A stretch of DNA of 49,727 nucleotides, counting the filler, from Actinomycetota bacterium (lineage in GTDB: Bacteria > Actinomycetota > CADDZG01 > JAHWKV01 > JAOPZY01): the NCBI GenBank assembly GCA_025963875.1. It is 3 parts of 3 records of this genome, joined end to end, with 100 filler letters (N's around TTAATTAATTAA, not from the genome) between each part and the next. Parts side by side here need not be neighbours in the genome. Positions count along the whole stretch, not along the records: positions 35,603 to 49,727 come from JAOPZY010000106.1; 2 more parts are not named here. The stretch is one strand, 5' to 3'. The notes under the pieces are model-generated. The model saw only the letters and a program-made list of their open reading frames with translations. It was not told the DNA's origin and searched no databases. Both the position numbers and the translations under genes were made by a program. Positions within the stretch are counted from its first letter, which is position 1, and each line of letters starts with the position of its first letter. Below are positions 35,799-45,873 of the stretch, piece after piece.

Positions 35799-38700
35799 AT
35801 GAACAAGGGCAGCATCCGGACGGGACTGAAGGCCGGAGCCAGCCTGCTGGCGTTGACCCTCTTCGGCGTGGCGTTGCCACTGCTCACGAACGCCGGCGGA
35901 GCATCGGCAGCCGGCCCGTGCGGCCCTCCCGTCGTCAGCGTGATCGCCTGCGAGAACACCGCAAACGGCGATCCCCAGAGTGACTGGCTGGTGGCGGGGG
36001 CAGGCGACCAGACACTACAGGGCTTTCCGACGTCGATGAGCGTCAACGTCGGCCAGACGGTGAGCTTCAAGATCAGCTCGACCCAGGCGGCCTACCACAT
36101 CGACATCCTGCGGCTCGGCTACTACCAGGGAACCGGTGCCCACAAGCTGATCACCATCACGCCCTCCGCCCCCTTCCCCCAAACCCAGCCGGCGTGCCTC
36201 ACCAAGGCCACTACCGGCCTCATCGACTGTGGGAACTGGGCGGTGTCGGCATCGTGGGCGGTCCCATCCACGGCCGTCTCGGGCGTCTACATCGCCCACC
36301 TCATCCGCAATGACACCGGTGGCGGCGCCGACGTGCCGTTCGTCGTCCGTAACGACGCGAGCCACTCCGACATGCTGTTCCAGACCTCGGACGAAACCTG
36401 GCAGGCGTACAACACCTACGGGGGCAACAGCCTCTACACGTGCACCGTGGCCTGCCCGCCGGGTAACCCCGCCGCGTACAAGGCCGCGTACGCTGTCTCC
36501 TACAACCGTCCGTTCCACACCCCGGCCGACGACATGGGCCGGAGCTGGCTCACCTACGCCGAGCTGCCGATGCTCAAGTTCTTGGAGGCGAACGGCTACG
36601 ACGTCAGCTACATCGCCGGAACGGACGTCGACATGTCGGGGGCTCTGCTCCTGAACCACAAGATGTTCATGTCGACGGGCCACGACGAGTACTGGAGCGG
36701 CAACCAGCGGGCCAACGTCGTCGCAGCCCGGGACCACGGCGTCAACCTGGCCTTTTTCTCCGGCAACGAGGTCTTCTGGAAGACCCAGTTCGGGCCGAGC
36801 ACCGACGGATCGAACACCCCCGAGCGCACGCTGACCACCTACAAGGACACCCATTTCGACTCACCGCAGAACCCGAGCTACCCGCCAATCTGGACGGGCA
36901 CCTGGGAGGACCCACGCTTCACCCCACCGGGCGACGGCGGCAACCCGTCCAACGCCCTGACCGGCCAGAAGTTCCTCGTCAACTCGGGCACCACCGACAT
37001 CAAGGTTCCGGCCGCGTATGCGCCGCTCCGCCTCTGGCGGAACACGCCAGTGGCCTCGTTGGCGGCGGGCCAGAGCATCACGCTCGGAGCCGGGCTCGGA
37101 ACCCTCGGCTATGAGTGGGACGCGGACACCGACAACGGGTTCCGCCCCGCCGGGCTCTTCGACCTCTCCTCCACCACGTCAACGAGCGCCGAGATCTTCA
37201 CCGATTACGGATCGACGACCCAGCAGGGAGGCACCGCCACCCACAACCTGACCATGTACAAGGCGCCCTCCGGCGCGCTGGTCTTCGGCGCCGGAACCGT
37301 CCAGTGGGCCTGGGGCCTGGACAACACCTGGACCGGGGCGGGTACCGACCGCACCATGCAGCAGGCAACGGTCAACCTCTTCGCCGATATGGGCGCCCAG
37401 CCCTTCTCCCTCATCTCCGGCCTCGTGAGCGCGTCTCCCTCGTTGGACACCACCCCACCCACGTCGCACATCACCTCGCCGTCATCGGGCGCCAACCTGA
37501 CCGACAGCTCCTCGGTGACCATCCAGGGCACGGCGAGCGACTCGGGCGGAGGCGTCGTGGCCGGCGTCGAAGTCTCGACCGACAGCGGGACGACCTGGCA
37601 CCCGGCGAACGGCACGACCAACTGGTCGTACACCTGGTCCGCCCATGGCAGCCCGTCGGCCGTGGTCAAGTCGCGGGCGGTCGACGACAGCGGCAACCTC
37701 GAGTCGCCATCGGCGGCAACCACGGTCAGCGTCGCGTGCCCCTGTTCGCTCTTCGGGCCCTCGCTCGCCCCCACCACCGCCGACGGGGCCGACCCCAACT
37801 CCATCGAGGTCGGCGTGAAGTTCACCTCGGATCGTTTCGGCACCATCAGCGGGATCCGCTTCTACAAGTCGACCGCGAACACCGGCACCCACGTCGGGAA
37901 CCTCTGGACCGCAGGGGGCCAGCTCCTGGCTTCGGCGTCCTTCTCGGGCGAGACCGCCTCCGGATGGCAGCAGGTCAACTTCTCCACCCCGGTCCCCATC
38001 ACCCCCAACACCACCTATGTCGCCTCCTACTTCGCCCCGAAGGGCCACTACGCCAACGACAACAACTATCTCTACCGGCTGCCCCAGTCCCCCAACCTCA
38101 AGCTCCCGGTCCACGACAGCCCTCCCCTGCACCTGTTGCTCCAGACGCCCGGCAATCCGAACGGGGTCTACAACTACGGCACGTCCAGCGGGTTTCCGCA
38201 GTCCGCCGACCTCGGGACGAACTACTGGGTAGACGTCGTGTTCACGCCCCAGGCGGCGCCCGGTACCCCCACGAACGTGGTGGCCACTGGCGGGTACACC
38301 TCTGCTGGCCTGACCTGGACGGCGCCATCCACGGGAGGGTCCGTCACCACCTATACCGTTACCCCGTTCATCGGATCCAGCGCCCAGGCACCGACGCAGA
38401 TCACGGGCAACCCGGCCCCCACGGCCGGGACGGTGACAGGGCTGACCAACGGCACGACCTACACCTTCACGGTGGCCGCCGCCAACCCGACCGGCCCCGG
38501 GGGAACGTCGGCTCCGTCCAACGCGGCCACCCCGTCTGCCTCCGCGTCGGTCGTCATCGACTCCGGATTCGAGAACGGGCTCGGGCCTTGGACGCCCACC
38601 GGCAATCCGAGTCCGTCGGTGAGCACCATCCGCGCCCATACGGGTACATCCTCGGCCTTCCTCGGAGCGCTCGACCCCGCCCCCGATGCCGCCGGTGATT

Positions 38701-41700
38701 CCAGCCTCGCCCAGACCGTCACCGTGCCCACGGGCTCGACCTCGCTCAGCTTCTGGTACTGGACCCACTCCACGGACACCCTCTGCACCAGCGTGGCCGA
38801 CTGTACCAACGACTGGAACGAGGCCCAGATCCGCGACATCCAGGGCCACGCGCTGGCACAGATCTTCCGGTCCAACACCAACGCCCAGGCCTGGACCCAG
38901 TGGACCTTCGACACGACGCCCTACGCGGGGCAGACGATCGTCCTGTGGTTCAACGTCCACGGCGACGGATCAGCGACGTCCGACAACACCGCGATGTACC
39001 TCGACGACGTCACCTTGTCGGTGACGGGGCCACCGGCTGCCCCGGCGGCACCGACCGGGGTGACGGCCACACCGGGCAGCGGGTCGGCCACAGTCACCTG
39101 GGTCGCCCCGGGCAACGGGGGCAGTCCGATCACGGCCTACACCGTCACGCCGTTCATCGGCACGACGGCTCAGAACCCGGTCCAGGTGAGCGGATCCCCG
39201 CCAGCGACGAGCATCGTCATCACCGGGCTCACGCCGAACACCGCCTATACTTTCAAGGTCGCAGCCACCAACGCCGTCGGGACCGGCCCCCCGTCGGCCG
39301 CGTCGAGCGCCGTCACCGTCGGCGCCGACACCGTGCCCGCCGCGCCCACCAACGTGGTGGCGGTGCCGGGCAACACAACGGCAAACGTGTCGTGGACTGC
39401 ACCGTTCAACGGCGGCAGCACTATCACGAGCTACACCGTAACCGGCTTCCCCCAGAGCGAGACCGGCGGGGGCCAGGTGTCCACGACCGTGACCGGCTCG
39501 CCGCCCGCGACGTCACTGACCGTCAACGGGCTGACCAACGGCACCGCCTACACGTTCTCCGTGGTTGCTGCCAATGGCGTGGGCCCAAGCCAGCCCTCGG
39601 TCAGGTCGAGCGCGGTCACGCCCGGCACGCTGCCCTCGGCACCCACCAATGTGGTGGCGACGGGAGGCGTGGCGTCCGCCACGATTTCGTGGACCGCGGC
39701 CGCCGACGGCGGCAGTCCCATCACGAGCTACACGATCACGCCGTACGTCGGCACGGCGGCTCAGGTGCCAACGACGATCACGGGATCGCCGCCCACCACG
39801 ACGGCCACAGTGGCACTCACCAACGGGACCACCTACACCTTCACCGTCTCCGCCGCCAACGGGGTGGGCGCAGGCCCGGCGTCGGCTCAGTCGAACGCCG
39901 TGATGCCCGCAGCGACAGTGCCGGGGTCACCCTCGGGCGTCACCGCCACACCCGCCGACTCTTCGGCCACGGTGTCCTGGACGGCCCCCGCCGACGGCGG
40001 GAGCCCAATCACCGCTTACACAATCACGCCGTTCATCGGCTCGACCGCCCAACCGACCACGACGGTGACCGGCTCGCCGCCCGGTACGTCGGCCCTCGTG
40101 AGCGGCCTGACCAACGGCACGACCTATACCTTCACCGTGAGCGCCTCCAACACCAGCGGCACAGGGGTGCCGTCGCCTGCGTCCGGTCCGGTAACGCCGG
40201 CCGGGCCTCCTGCGGCACCCACCGGCGTGAGTGCCGTCCCGGGCAACGCGTCGGCCACGATCTCGTGGACGGCCCCCGCCAACGGGGGAAGCCCCATCAA
40301 CGGCTACACCGTGACACCGTTCATCGGGGCCAATGCCCAGCCGGGCACCACCGTGGGCGCCGCCGCCGTCTCGGCCACCATGGGGGGACTGACCAACGGC
40401 ACCACGTACACCTTCCGCGTCTCGGCGTCCAACGCCATCGGGCAGGGGCCGCAGTCCACGGCTTCCAACCCGGTGACGCCCACGGGCGCCCTCGCCGCCT
40501 GCCCGTGCACCATCTTCGATCCCTCCTCCACGCCGGCAACCGTCGACGCCGGCGACGCCGGGGCGGTCAACCTTGGTGTGGCCTTCACCTCCGACACCGG
40601 TGGGTACGTCTCCGGCATCCGCTTCTACAAGTCGGCTGCCAACGGCGGCACCCACGTCGGGACGCTGTGGTCGGTCACGGGCACGGCCCTCGCCTCCGCC
40701 ACCTTCAGCGGCGAGTCTGCCTCCGGGTGGCAGCAGGTCATCTTTGCCAACCCCGTGCTGGTCACGGCGGGAACCACCTACGTGGCCTCCTACTTCGCTC
40801 CGGTTGGCCACTACTCCGTCACAGCCAACATGTTCGGCGCATCGGGAGTGGACAGTCCGCCCTTGCACGCGCTGGCCAATACCACCACGCCCAACGGGGT
40901 GTTCGCCTACGGCTCCACCAGCGCCTTCCCGACCAGCAGCTTCAACGCCACCAACTACTGGGTGGACGTGGTGTTCAACACGAAGGCACCGCCGGGAGCC
41001 CCAACCGGCGTCACCGCCAGCCCGGGCAACGCGTCCGCCACCGTCTCGTGGACGGCGCCGTCGAACTCCGGCAGCAGCCCGGTCACGACCTATACGGTCA
41101 CCCCCTTCATCGGCGCGGTCGCCCAGCCGGCCACCATCGTCAGCGGCTCGCCCCCGGCGGTGTCGGCGACCGTCACGGGGCTCACCAATGGGACCAGCTA
41201 CACGTTCCAGGTCTCAGCCTCGAGCGCCGCCGGGACGGGTGCGGCGTCGGCGCCGTCCAGCGCGGTCACACCACACCTACCGCCACCACCCTGCCCGTGC
41301 ACGATCTTCGGGTCGGCTACGCCCGCCACGGTCGATTCGGGCGACAACGCGTCGGTCGTGCTCGGCGTCGCCTTCAACGTCGAGGTGAGCGGCTTCGTCA
41401 CCGGAGTGCGGTTCTACAAGGCCTCGACCAACACGGGCACCCATGTCGGCGCCCTCTGGTCGGCCTCCGGCCAGCTCCTGGCCTCCGCGACCTTCACGGG
41501 TGAGTCGGCATCCGGCTGGCAGCAGGTCAGCTTCTCGGCGCCGGTGGCGGTCACGGCCGGAACCACCTACGTCGCGTCCTACCTTGCACCGGCCGGCCAC
41601 TACTCGTTCACCGCGAACGCCTTCGCCGCCGCCGTGGACAGCCCGCCGCTGCACGCGCTGGCGAATAGCACAACACCGAACGGCCAGTACCTGTACAGCT

Positions 41701-43946
41701 CGACGAGCGCCTTCCCGACCAACAGCTTCAACGCCAGCAACTACTTCGTCGACGTCGTCTTCAACCAGACCGTGCAGGCCACGGCCCCCGGGGCACCGAT
41801 CGGTGTCACGGCCACGCCGGCCAACGCGTCGGCGACGGTTTCCTGGAGCGCCCCCGCCAGCGGCGGGAGCCCGATCACGAGCTACACGGTCACACCGTTC
41901 ATCGGCACCGCCGCCCTGACGACAACCGTCGTGTCGGGATCGCCGCCGGCGACCTCGGTCGTCGTCGGTGGGCTCACCAACGGCACGAGCTACACCTTCC
42001 AGGTCGCGGCAACGAACGCCGTGGGGACCGGTCCGGCCTCCACGTCCGGCGCCGTGACGCCGCGCGCCGCGCCCACCTGTCCCTGCACGATCTTCGGCTC
42101 CGCCACGCCGGCGACCATCGACTCCGGCGACAAGGGGTCCGTCGTGCTCGGCGTCGCCTTCACCTCCGACACCAACGGCTTCGTCAGTGGGGTCCGCTTC
42201 TACAAGTCATCCGCGAACACCGGCACGCACGTCGGCGCCCTCTGGTCGGCCGGCGGCCAGCTCCTGGCGTCGGCGACCTTCACCGGGGAGTCGGCTTCCG
42301 GCTGGCAGCAGGTCAGCTTCTCGAGCCCGGTCGCCATCACGGCAGGGACCCGCTACGTTGCGTCCTACCTGGCCCCGGCGGGACACTACTCTGTGGACGC
42401 AGCAGGGTTCTCCTCGGCCGGCGTGGACAACCCGCCGCTGCACGCGCTGGCGAACAGCACGACTCCCAACGGCCTCTACCTCTACAGCGCGACGAGCGCC
42501 TTCCCGACGAACAGCTTCAACGCCAGCAACTACTGGGTGGATGTCGTGTACCAGCAGGGATCCGTGACCGTCCCGGGCATGCCGAGCGGCGTGGCGGCGA
42601 GCCCGGGATACCCGGCCTCGGCAACCATCTCGTGGACGCCGCCGGGCAACGGGGGGAGCCCAATCACGAGCTACACCATCACACCCTTCATCGGAACCGC
42701 AGCCCAGCCCACGAGCTCCGTCGCAGGCTCGGCCGTCTCAGCCACAGTCACCGGGCTCACCAACGACACCACGTACACCTTCACCGTTGCGGCCACCAAC
42801 GCCAATGGGACGGGACCAGCCAGCGTGGCTACCAACCCCGTCACCCCGCACGCGACGGCCCCCGCCTGCCCGTGCTCGATCTTCGGCTCCTCGGCCCCGG
42901 CTACCGTCGACTCGGCCGACACCAGTTCAGTGGTGCTCGGCGTGGCCTTCAACTCGGACACGGCCGGTTACATCACCGGCGTGCGCTTCTACAAGGCCGC
43001 CACGAACACCGGCACCCATGTGGGAGCGCTGTGGTCGGCAAGCGGCCAGCTCCTGGTGACGGCGACCTTCACGTCCGAATCGGCCTCAGGGTGGCAGCAG
43101 GCCACTTTCGCCACACCGGTGGCCGTCACGGTCGGAACCACGTACGTGGCCTCCTACCTGGCACCGGCCGGGCACTACTCGTTCACGGGGGCTGCCTTCG
43201 CTACCCAGGTGAACACCGCCCCGCTGCATGCGCTCGCCAGCTCCGCGGTGCCCAACGGCAACGGCCTGTACACCTACAGCGCCACGAGCGTCTTCCCGAC
43301 CAACAGTTTCAACGCCACGAACTACTGGGTCGACCCGGTCTTCTCAGCGACGGCGGCACCGCCGGGAGCACCCTCCGGCGTCACGGCCACCGCCGGCAAC
43401 GCCTCTTCCCTGGTGTCGTGGACCGCACCGGTCAGCGGGGACAGCCCGATCACGAGCTACACGGTGACGCCCTTCGTCGGCACCGCCGCCCAGACCACGA
43501 CCATCGTGTCAGGATCGCCGCCCGCCACCAGCGTGACCGTGCCCGGCCTCGCCAACGGTACGACGTACACGTTCAAGGTGACGGCGAGCAACGCTTTCGG
43601 CCCCGGCCCAGCCTCCCCCTCATCGAACGCCGTCACGCCGGCCGGGCCTCCCGCCGCGCCGACCAATGTGCTGGCCACCGCGCACGCCTCCTCGGCGGCA
43701 GTCTCCTGGACGGCCCCCAGCACCGGTGGCAGCCCCCTCACCAAGTACACGGTGACGCCGTTCATCGGCACCACGGCGCAGACAGCCACGACGGTCACAG
43801 GGTCTCCGCCTGCCACGTCGGTCACAGTGTCGGGGCTCAATTCCGGTACCACCTACACGTTCAAGGTGTCCGCCACCAATGCGGTGGGGACAGGTCCGCA
43901 GTCCACCGCCTCCAACGCCGTCACGCCGTGCCTTCTCCTGTGCTAA
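35799..43946 (+). CDS. Giant secreted protein: DMFase-beta-like (DUF6605) domain, Ig-like domain, 5x DUF4082, 11x FN3, one CBM-like jelly-roll
   Basis: Signal peptide ending ASA; TWQAYN, VSYNRP, GHDEYWS, GYEWD, VFGAGT; five CPC...G.RFYK...SGWQQ...NY(W/F)VD modules; eleven P.AP..V.A.....A.VSW...YTF.V.A modules. Confidence 0.9.
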   Translation: MNKGSIRTGLKAGASLLALTLFGVALPLLTNAGGASAAGPCGPPVVSVIACENTANGDPQSDWLVAGAGDQTLQGFPTSMSVNVGQTVSFKISSTQAAYHIDILRLGYYQGTGAHKLITITPSAPFPQTQPACLTKATTGLIDCGNWAVSASWAVPSTAVSGVYIAHLIRNDTGGGADVPFVVRNDASHSDMLFQTSDETWQAYNTYGGNSLYTCTVACPPGNPAAYKAAYAVSYNRPFHTPADDMGRSWLTYAELPMLKFLEANGYDVSYIAGTDVDMSGALLLNHKMFMSTGHDEYWSGNQRANVVAARDHGVNLAFFSGNEVFWKTQFGPSTDGSNTPERTLTTYKDTHFDSPQNPSYPPIWTGTWEDPRFTPPGDGGNPSNALTGQKFLVNSGTTDIKVPAAYAPLRLWRNTPVASLAAGQSITLGAGLGTLGYEWDADTDNGFRPAGLFDLSSTTSTSAEIFTDYGSTTQQGGTATHNLTMYKAPSGALVFGAGTVQWAWGLDNTWTGAGTDRTMQQATVNLFADMGAQPFSLISGLVSASPSLDTTPPTSHITSPSSGANLTDSSSVTIQGTASDSGGGVVAGVEVSTDSGTTWHPANGTTNWSYTWSAHGSPSAVVKSRAVDDSGNLESPSAATTVSVACPCSLFGPSLAPTTADGADPNSIEVGVKFTSDRFGTISGIRFYKSTANTGTHVGNLWTAGGQLLASASFSGETASGWQQVNFSTPVPITPNTTYVASYFAPKGHYANDNNYLYRLPQSPNLKLPVHDSPPLHLLLQTPGNPNGVYNYGTSSGFPQSADLGTNYWVDVVFTPQAAPGTPTNVVATGGYTSAGLTWTAPSTGGSVTTYTVTPFIGSSAQAPTQITGNPAPTAGTVTGLTNGTTYTFTVAAANPTGPGGTSAPSNAATPSASASVVIDSGFENGLGPWTPTGNPSPSVSTIRAHTGTSSAFLGALDPAPDAAGDSSLAQTVTVPTGSTSLSFWYWTHSTDTLCTSVADCTNDWNEAQIRDIQGHALAQIFRSNTNAQAWTQWTFDTTPYAGQTIVLWFNVHGDGSATSDNTAMYLDDVTLSVTGPPAAPAAPTGVTATPGSGSATVTWVAPGNGGSPITAYTVTPFIGTTAQNPVQVSGSPPATSIVITGLTPNTAYTFKVAATNAVGTGPPSAASSAVTVGADTVPAAPTNVVAVPGNTTANVSWTAPFNGGSTITSYTVTGFPQSETGGGQVSTTVTGSPPATSLTVNGLTNGTAYTFSVVAANGVGPSQPSVRSSAVTPGTLPSAPTNVVATGGVASATISWTAAADGGSPITSYTITPYVGTAAQVPTTITGSPPTTTATVALTNGTTYTFTVSAANGVGAGPASAQSNAVMPAATVPGSPSGVTATPADSSATVSWTAPADGGSPITAYTITPFIGSTAQPTTTVTGSPPGTSALVSGLTNGTTYTFTVSASNTSGTGVPSPASGPVTPAGPPAAPTGVSAVPGNASATISWTAPANGGSPINGYTVTPFIGANAQPGTTVGAAAVSATMGGLTNGTTYTFRVSASNAIGQGPQSTASNPVTPTGALAACPCTIFDPSSTPATVDAGDAGAVNLGVAFTSDTGGYVSGIRFYKSAANGGTHVGTLWSVTGTALASATFSGESASGWQQVIFANPVLVTAGTTYVASYFAPVGHYSVTANMFGASGVDSPPLHALANTTTPNGVFAYGSTSAFPTSSFNATNYWVDVVFNTKAPPGAPTGVTASPGNASATVSWTAPSNSGSSPVTTYTVTPFIGAVAQPATIVSGSPPAVSATVTGLTNGTSYTFQVSASSAAGTGAASAPSSAVTPHLPPPPCPCTIFGSATPATVDSGDNASVVLGVAFNVEVSGFVTGVRFYKASTNTGTHVGALWSASGQLLASATFTGESASGWQQVSFSAPVAVTAGTTYVASYLAPAGHYSFTANAFAAAVDSPPLHALANSTTPNGQYLYSSTSAFPTNSFNASNYFVDVVFNQTVQATAPGAPIGVTATPANASATVSWSAPASGGSPITSYTVTPFIGTAALTTTVVSGSPPATSVVVGGLTNGTSYTFQVAATNAVGTGPASTSGAVTPRAAPTCPCTIFGSATPATIDSGDKGSVVLGVAFTSDTNGFVSGVRFYKSSANTGTHVGALWSAGGQLLASATFTGESASGWQQVSFSSPVAITAGTRYVASYLAPAGHYSVDAAGFSSAGVDNPPLHALANSTTPNGLYLYSATSAFPTNSFNASNYWVDVVYQQGSVTVPGMPSGVAASPGYPASATISWTPPGNGGSPITSYTITPFIGTAAQPTSSVAGSAVSATVTGLTNDTTYTFTVAATNANGTGPASVATNPVTPHATAPACPCSIFGSSAPATVDSADTSSVVLGVAFNSDTAGYITGVRFYKAATNTGTHVGALWSASGQLLVTATFTSESASGWQQATFATPVAVTVGTTYVASYLAPAGHYSFTGAAFATQVNTAPLHALASSAVPNGNGLYTYSATSVFPTNSFNATNYWVDPVFSATAAPPGAPSGVTATAGNASSLVSWTAPVSGDSPITSYTVTPFVGTAAQTTTIVSGSPPATSVTVPGLANGTTYTFKVTASNAFGPGPASPSSNAVTPAGPPAAPTNVLATAHASSAAVSWTAPSTGGSPLTKYTVTPFIGTTAQTATTVTGSPPATSVTVSGLNSGTTYTFKVSATNAVGTGPQSTASNAVTPCLLLC

Positions 43947-43948
43947 CC

Positions 43949-44926
43949 GTGAACCGGCCATCCGTCACGTTGCAGATCAACCTGGCACCCACCGATCTGC
44001 CGACCGCCGTCCATACAGTGCCCCACCAGCTCCGCCAGTGGGGTGGCCAGGTTGACGAGGTGCTGTTCGTCGTGGACCTGCACCGCAGCCGGGGCAAATT
44101 CGCCGAGGGATGGGAGGAGCGCCTGCCCGGCCTCCGACGCCTGATCGAGGACTGCTGCGCCGGGCACCCTCACCGGCGGAGCATCGATGTCGACTACTCC
44201 TGGAACGCAAAAACCGCCGTCGAGCGGTACTTCTTCTCCGGCGAGACCATGCCGGCGAAGGACTACCGGGGGGCGCCCTTCTACGCGTATTTCTTCGCCC
44301 TACTCGCGGCCTCCCATGACTACGTGTTGCACTTCGACTCCGACATGCTGTTCGGCGGCGGCAGTCAGACGTGGATGGAAGAGGCACTGCACCTCCTCGA
44401 GACCCGCCCCGACGTGCTCGCCTGCAACCCCCTTCCCGGCCCCCCGACGCCAGATGGAACGCTCCGTTCGCAGATGCTGCGCCGGGAGCCGGGCGAGTCG
44501 CCGGCCTTCCGCTCCCCGGCGCTCAGCACCCGGCTGTTCATCCTGGACCGCCGGCGCATCACGAACCTGCGGATTGAGCGGCCGACTGCCAGGGAGGCGT
44601 TCGGGGCGCGCCTCGACGGCAACCCGCCGTTCCTGCCCGCCGAGGGCGTGATTTCCCGAGCCATGGCGCGATCCGGGCTGGGGCGCATCGACTTTCTCGG
44701 CGCATCACCCGGCATGTGGGGGCTGCATCCCCCGTACCGCTCTCCCACCTTCTATGAGCGGCTGCCCGCCCTCGTTGCCGAGATAGAGAGCGGCGACATC
44801 CCGGAGGCCCAACGGGGCTGCCACGAGGTGGAGGACTGCCTCGTGGACTGGACCGACGTCCGCCCGTCCCCACGGAGCCGCCTTGAGAAGCACTCCCGGC
44901 TGCTGCTGCAACGAGTCCGCGGTTGA
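43949..44926 (+). CDS. Putative GT-A fold glycosyltransferase-like protein
   Basis: GTG 2 nt after the giant gene stop; DYVLHFDSD (DxD) motif; overlaps next GT start. Confidence 0.6.
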   Translation: MNRPSVTLQINLAPTDLPTAVHTVPHQLRQWGGQVDEVLFVVDLHRSRGKFAEGWEERLPGLRRLIEDCCAGHPHRRSIDVDYSWNAKTAVERYFFSGETMPAKDYRGAPFYAYFFALLAASHDYVLHFDSDMLFGGGSQTWMEEALHLLETRPDVLACNPLPGPPTPDGTLRSQMLRREPGESPAFRSPALSTRLFILDRRRITNLRIERPTAREAFGARLDGNPPFLPAEGVISRAMARSGLGRIDFLGASPGMWGLHPPYRSPTFYERLPALVAEIESGDIPEAQRGCHEVEDCLVDWTDVRPSPRSRLEKHSRLLLQRVRG

Positions 44927-45873
44927 AAGTCTCCGTCTGCGTGGCCGCCACCCGTCCCGACACCGTCGGCGCCACGGCCCGCTCCATCGCGGCGCAGACG
45001 CATGACGACTGGGAACTGGTCGTCATCGTCCAGGGCGGTGCAGCGGCAGCCGTCGCCGAAGCCGTCGAGCGGGAAATGCCGGGCGGGCGTGCGCGTGTGC
45101 TGCCCCAGGAAGGCAAGGGCCTGAGCCGGGCCCGCAATGCAGCCGTCAGGGTAGCGGACGGCGACGTCATCGCCATGACCGACGACGACTGCGAGGCGGC
45201 GCCTGACTGGCTCGCCGTCCTGGTCGACCGCTTTGCCTCCCTGCCCCAGGCGGGCATCGTCGGTGGCGCGGTCGTCGCGCCACCCGCACGCGTCCGAGGG
45301 CCAGGCAACTGCCCCTCCTGCCACCCTGGTGAGGTCCTCTATGAGCCGGCGGCGCGTCCTGCCGGCCCTCCACCGGGATTCGGGTGGATCGGGGCCAACT
45401 TCGCTTTCCGCCGGAGTACCGCGGAGTTGGTCGGCGAGTTCGACGAACTGCTCGGCGCGGGCGCTCACTTCCCCGTCGCGGAGGAAATCGACTTCATGCG
45501 GCGTGCGGAGGCCCTGGGAGTATCGATGGCCACCACACCGAAGGCCGTGGTCCACCATACGTACGGCTGGCGCCACGGCGTGAGGGCGGTCTGGCGACTG
45601 CAGCGCAACTACGCCAGGGGCAATGGCGCCTACGCCGGCAAGCTGACGCTGCTCGGCGACCCGGGGGGGGCGGAGGATCTGGCGACAATGCGCCACCTCA
45701 CAATGGTTGACTGGATCGAGCGCCGCCGCCCGGTCGCGCTGCCGGCCGGCATCCGCCGGTACCACCATTTCGCCGCCGGCTACCGTGACTGCCTGCAGGG
45801 GTTCTGTGTGGACGACCGGGGGCTGCTCCAGCGACGGAGCCGGCAGCCGGAACTGCAGCAGGCAGACCGATGA
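44923..45873 (+). CDS. Glycosyltransferase family 2
   Basis: VSVCV, GLSRARN, TDDDC, GANFAFRR, FDELLGAG, EEID. Confidence 0.9.
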   Translation: MKVSVCVAATRPDTVGATARSIAAQTHDDWELVVIVQGGAAAAVAEAVEREMPGGRARVLPQEGKGLSRARNAAVRVADGDVIAMTDDDCEAAPDWLAVLVDRFASLPQAGIVGGAVVAPPARVRGPGNCPSCHPGEVLYEPAARPAGPPPGFGWIGANFAFRRSTAELVGEFDELLGAGAHFPVAEEIDFMRRAEALGVSMATTPKAVVHHTYGWRHGVRAVWRLQRNYARGNGAYAGKLTLLGDPGGAEDLATMRHLTMVDWIERRRPVALPAGIRRYHHFAAGYRDCLQGFCVDDRGLLQRRSRQPELQQADR

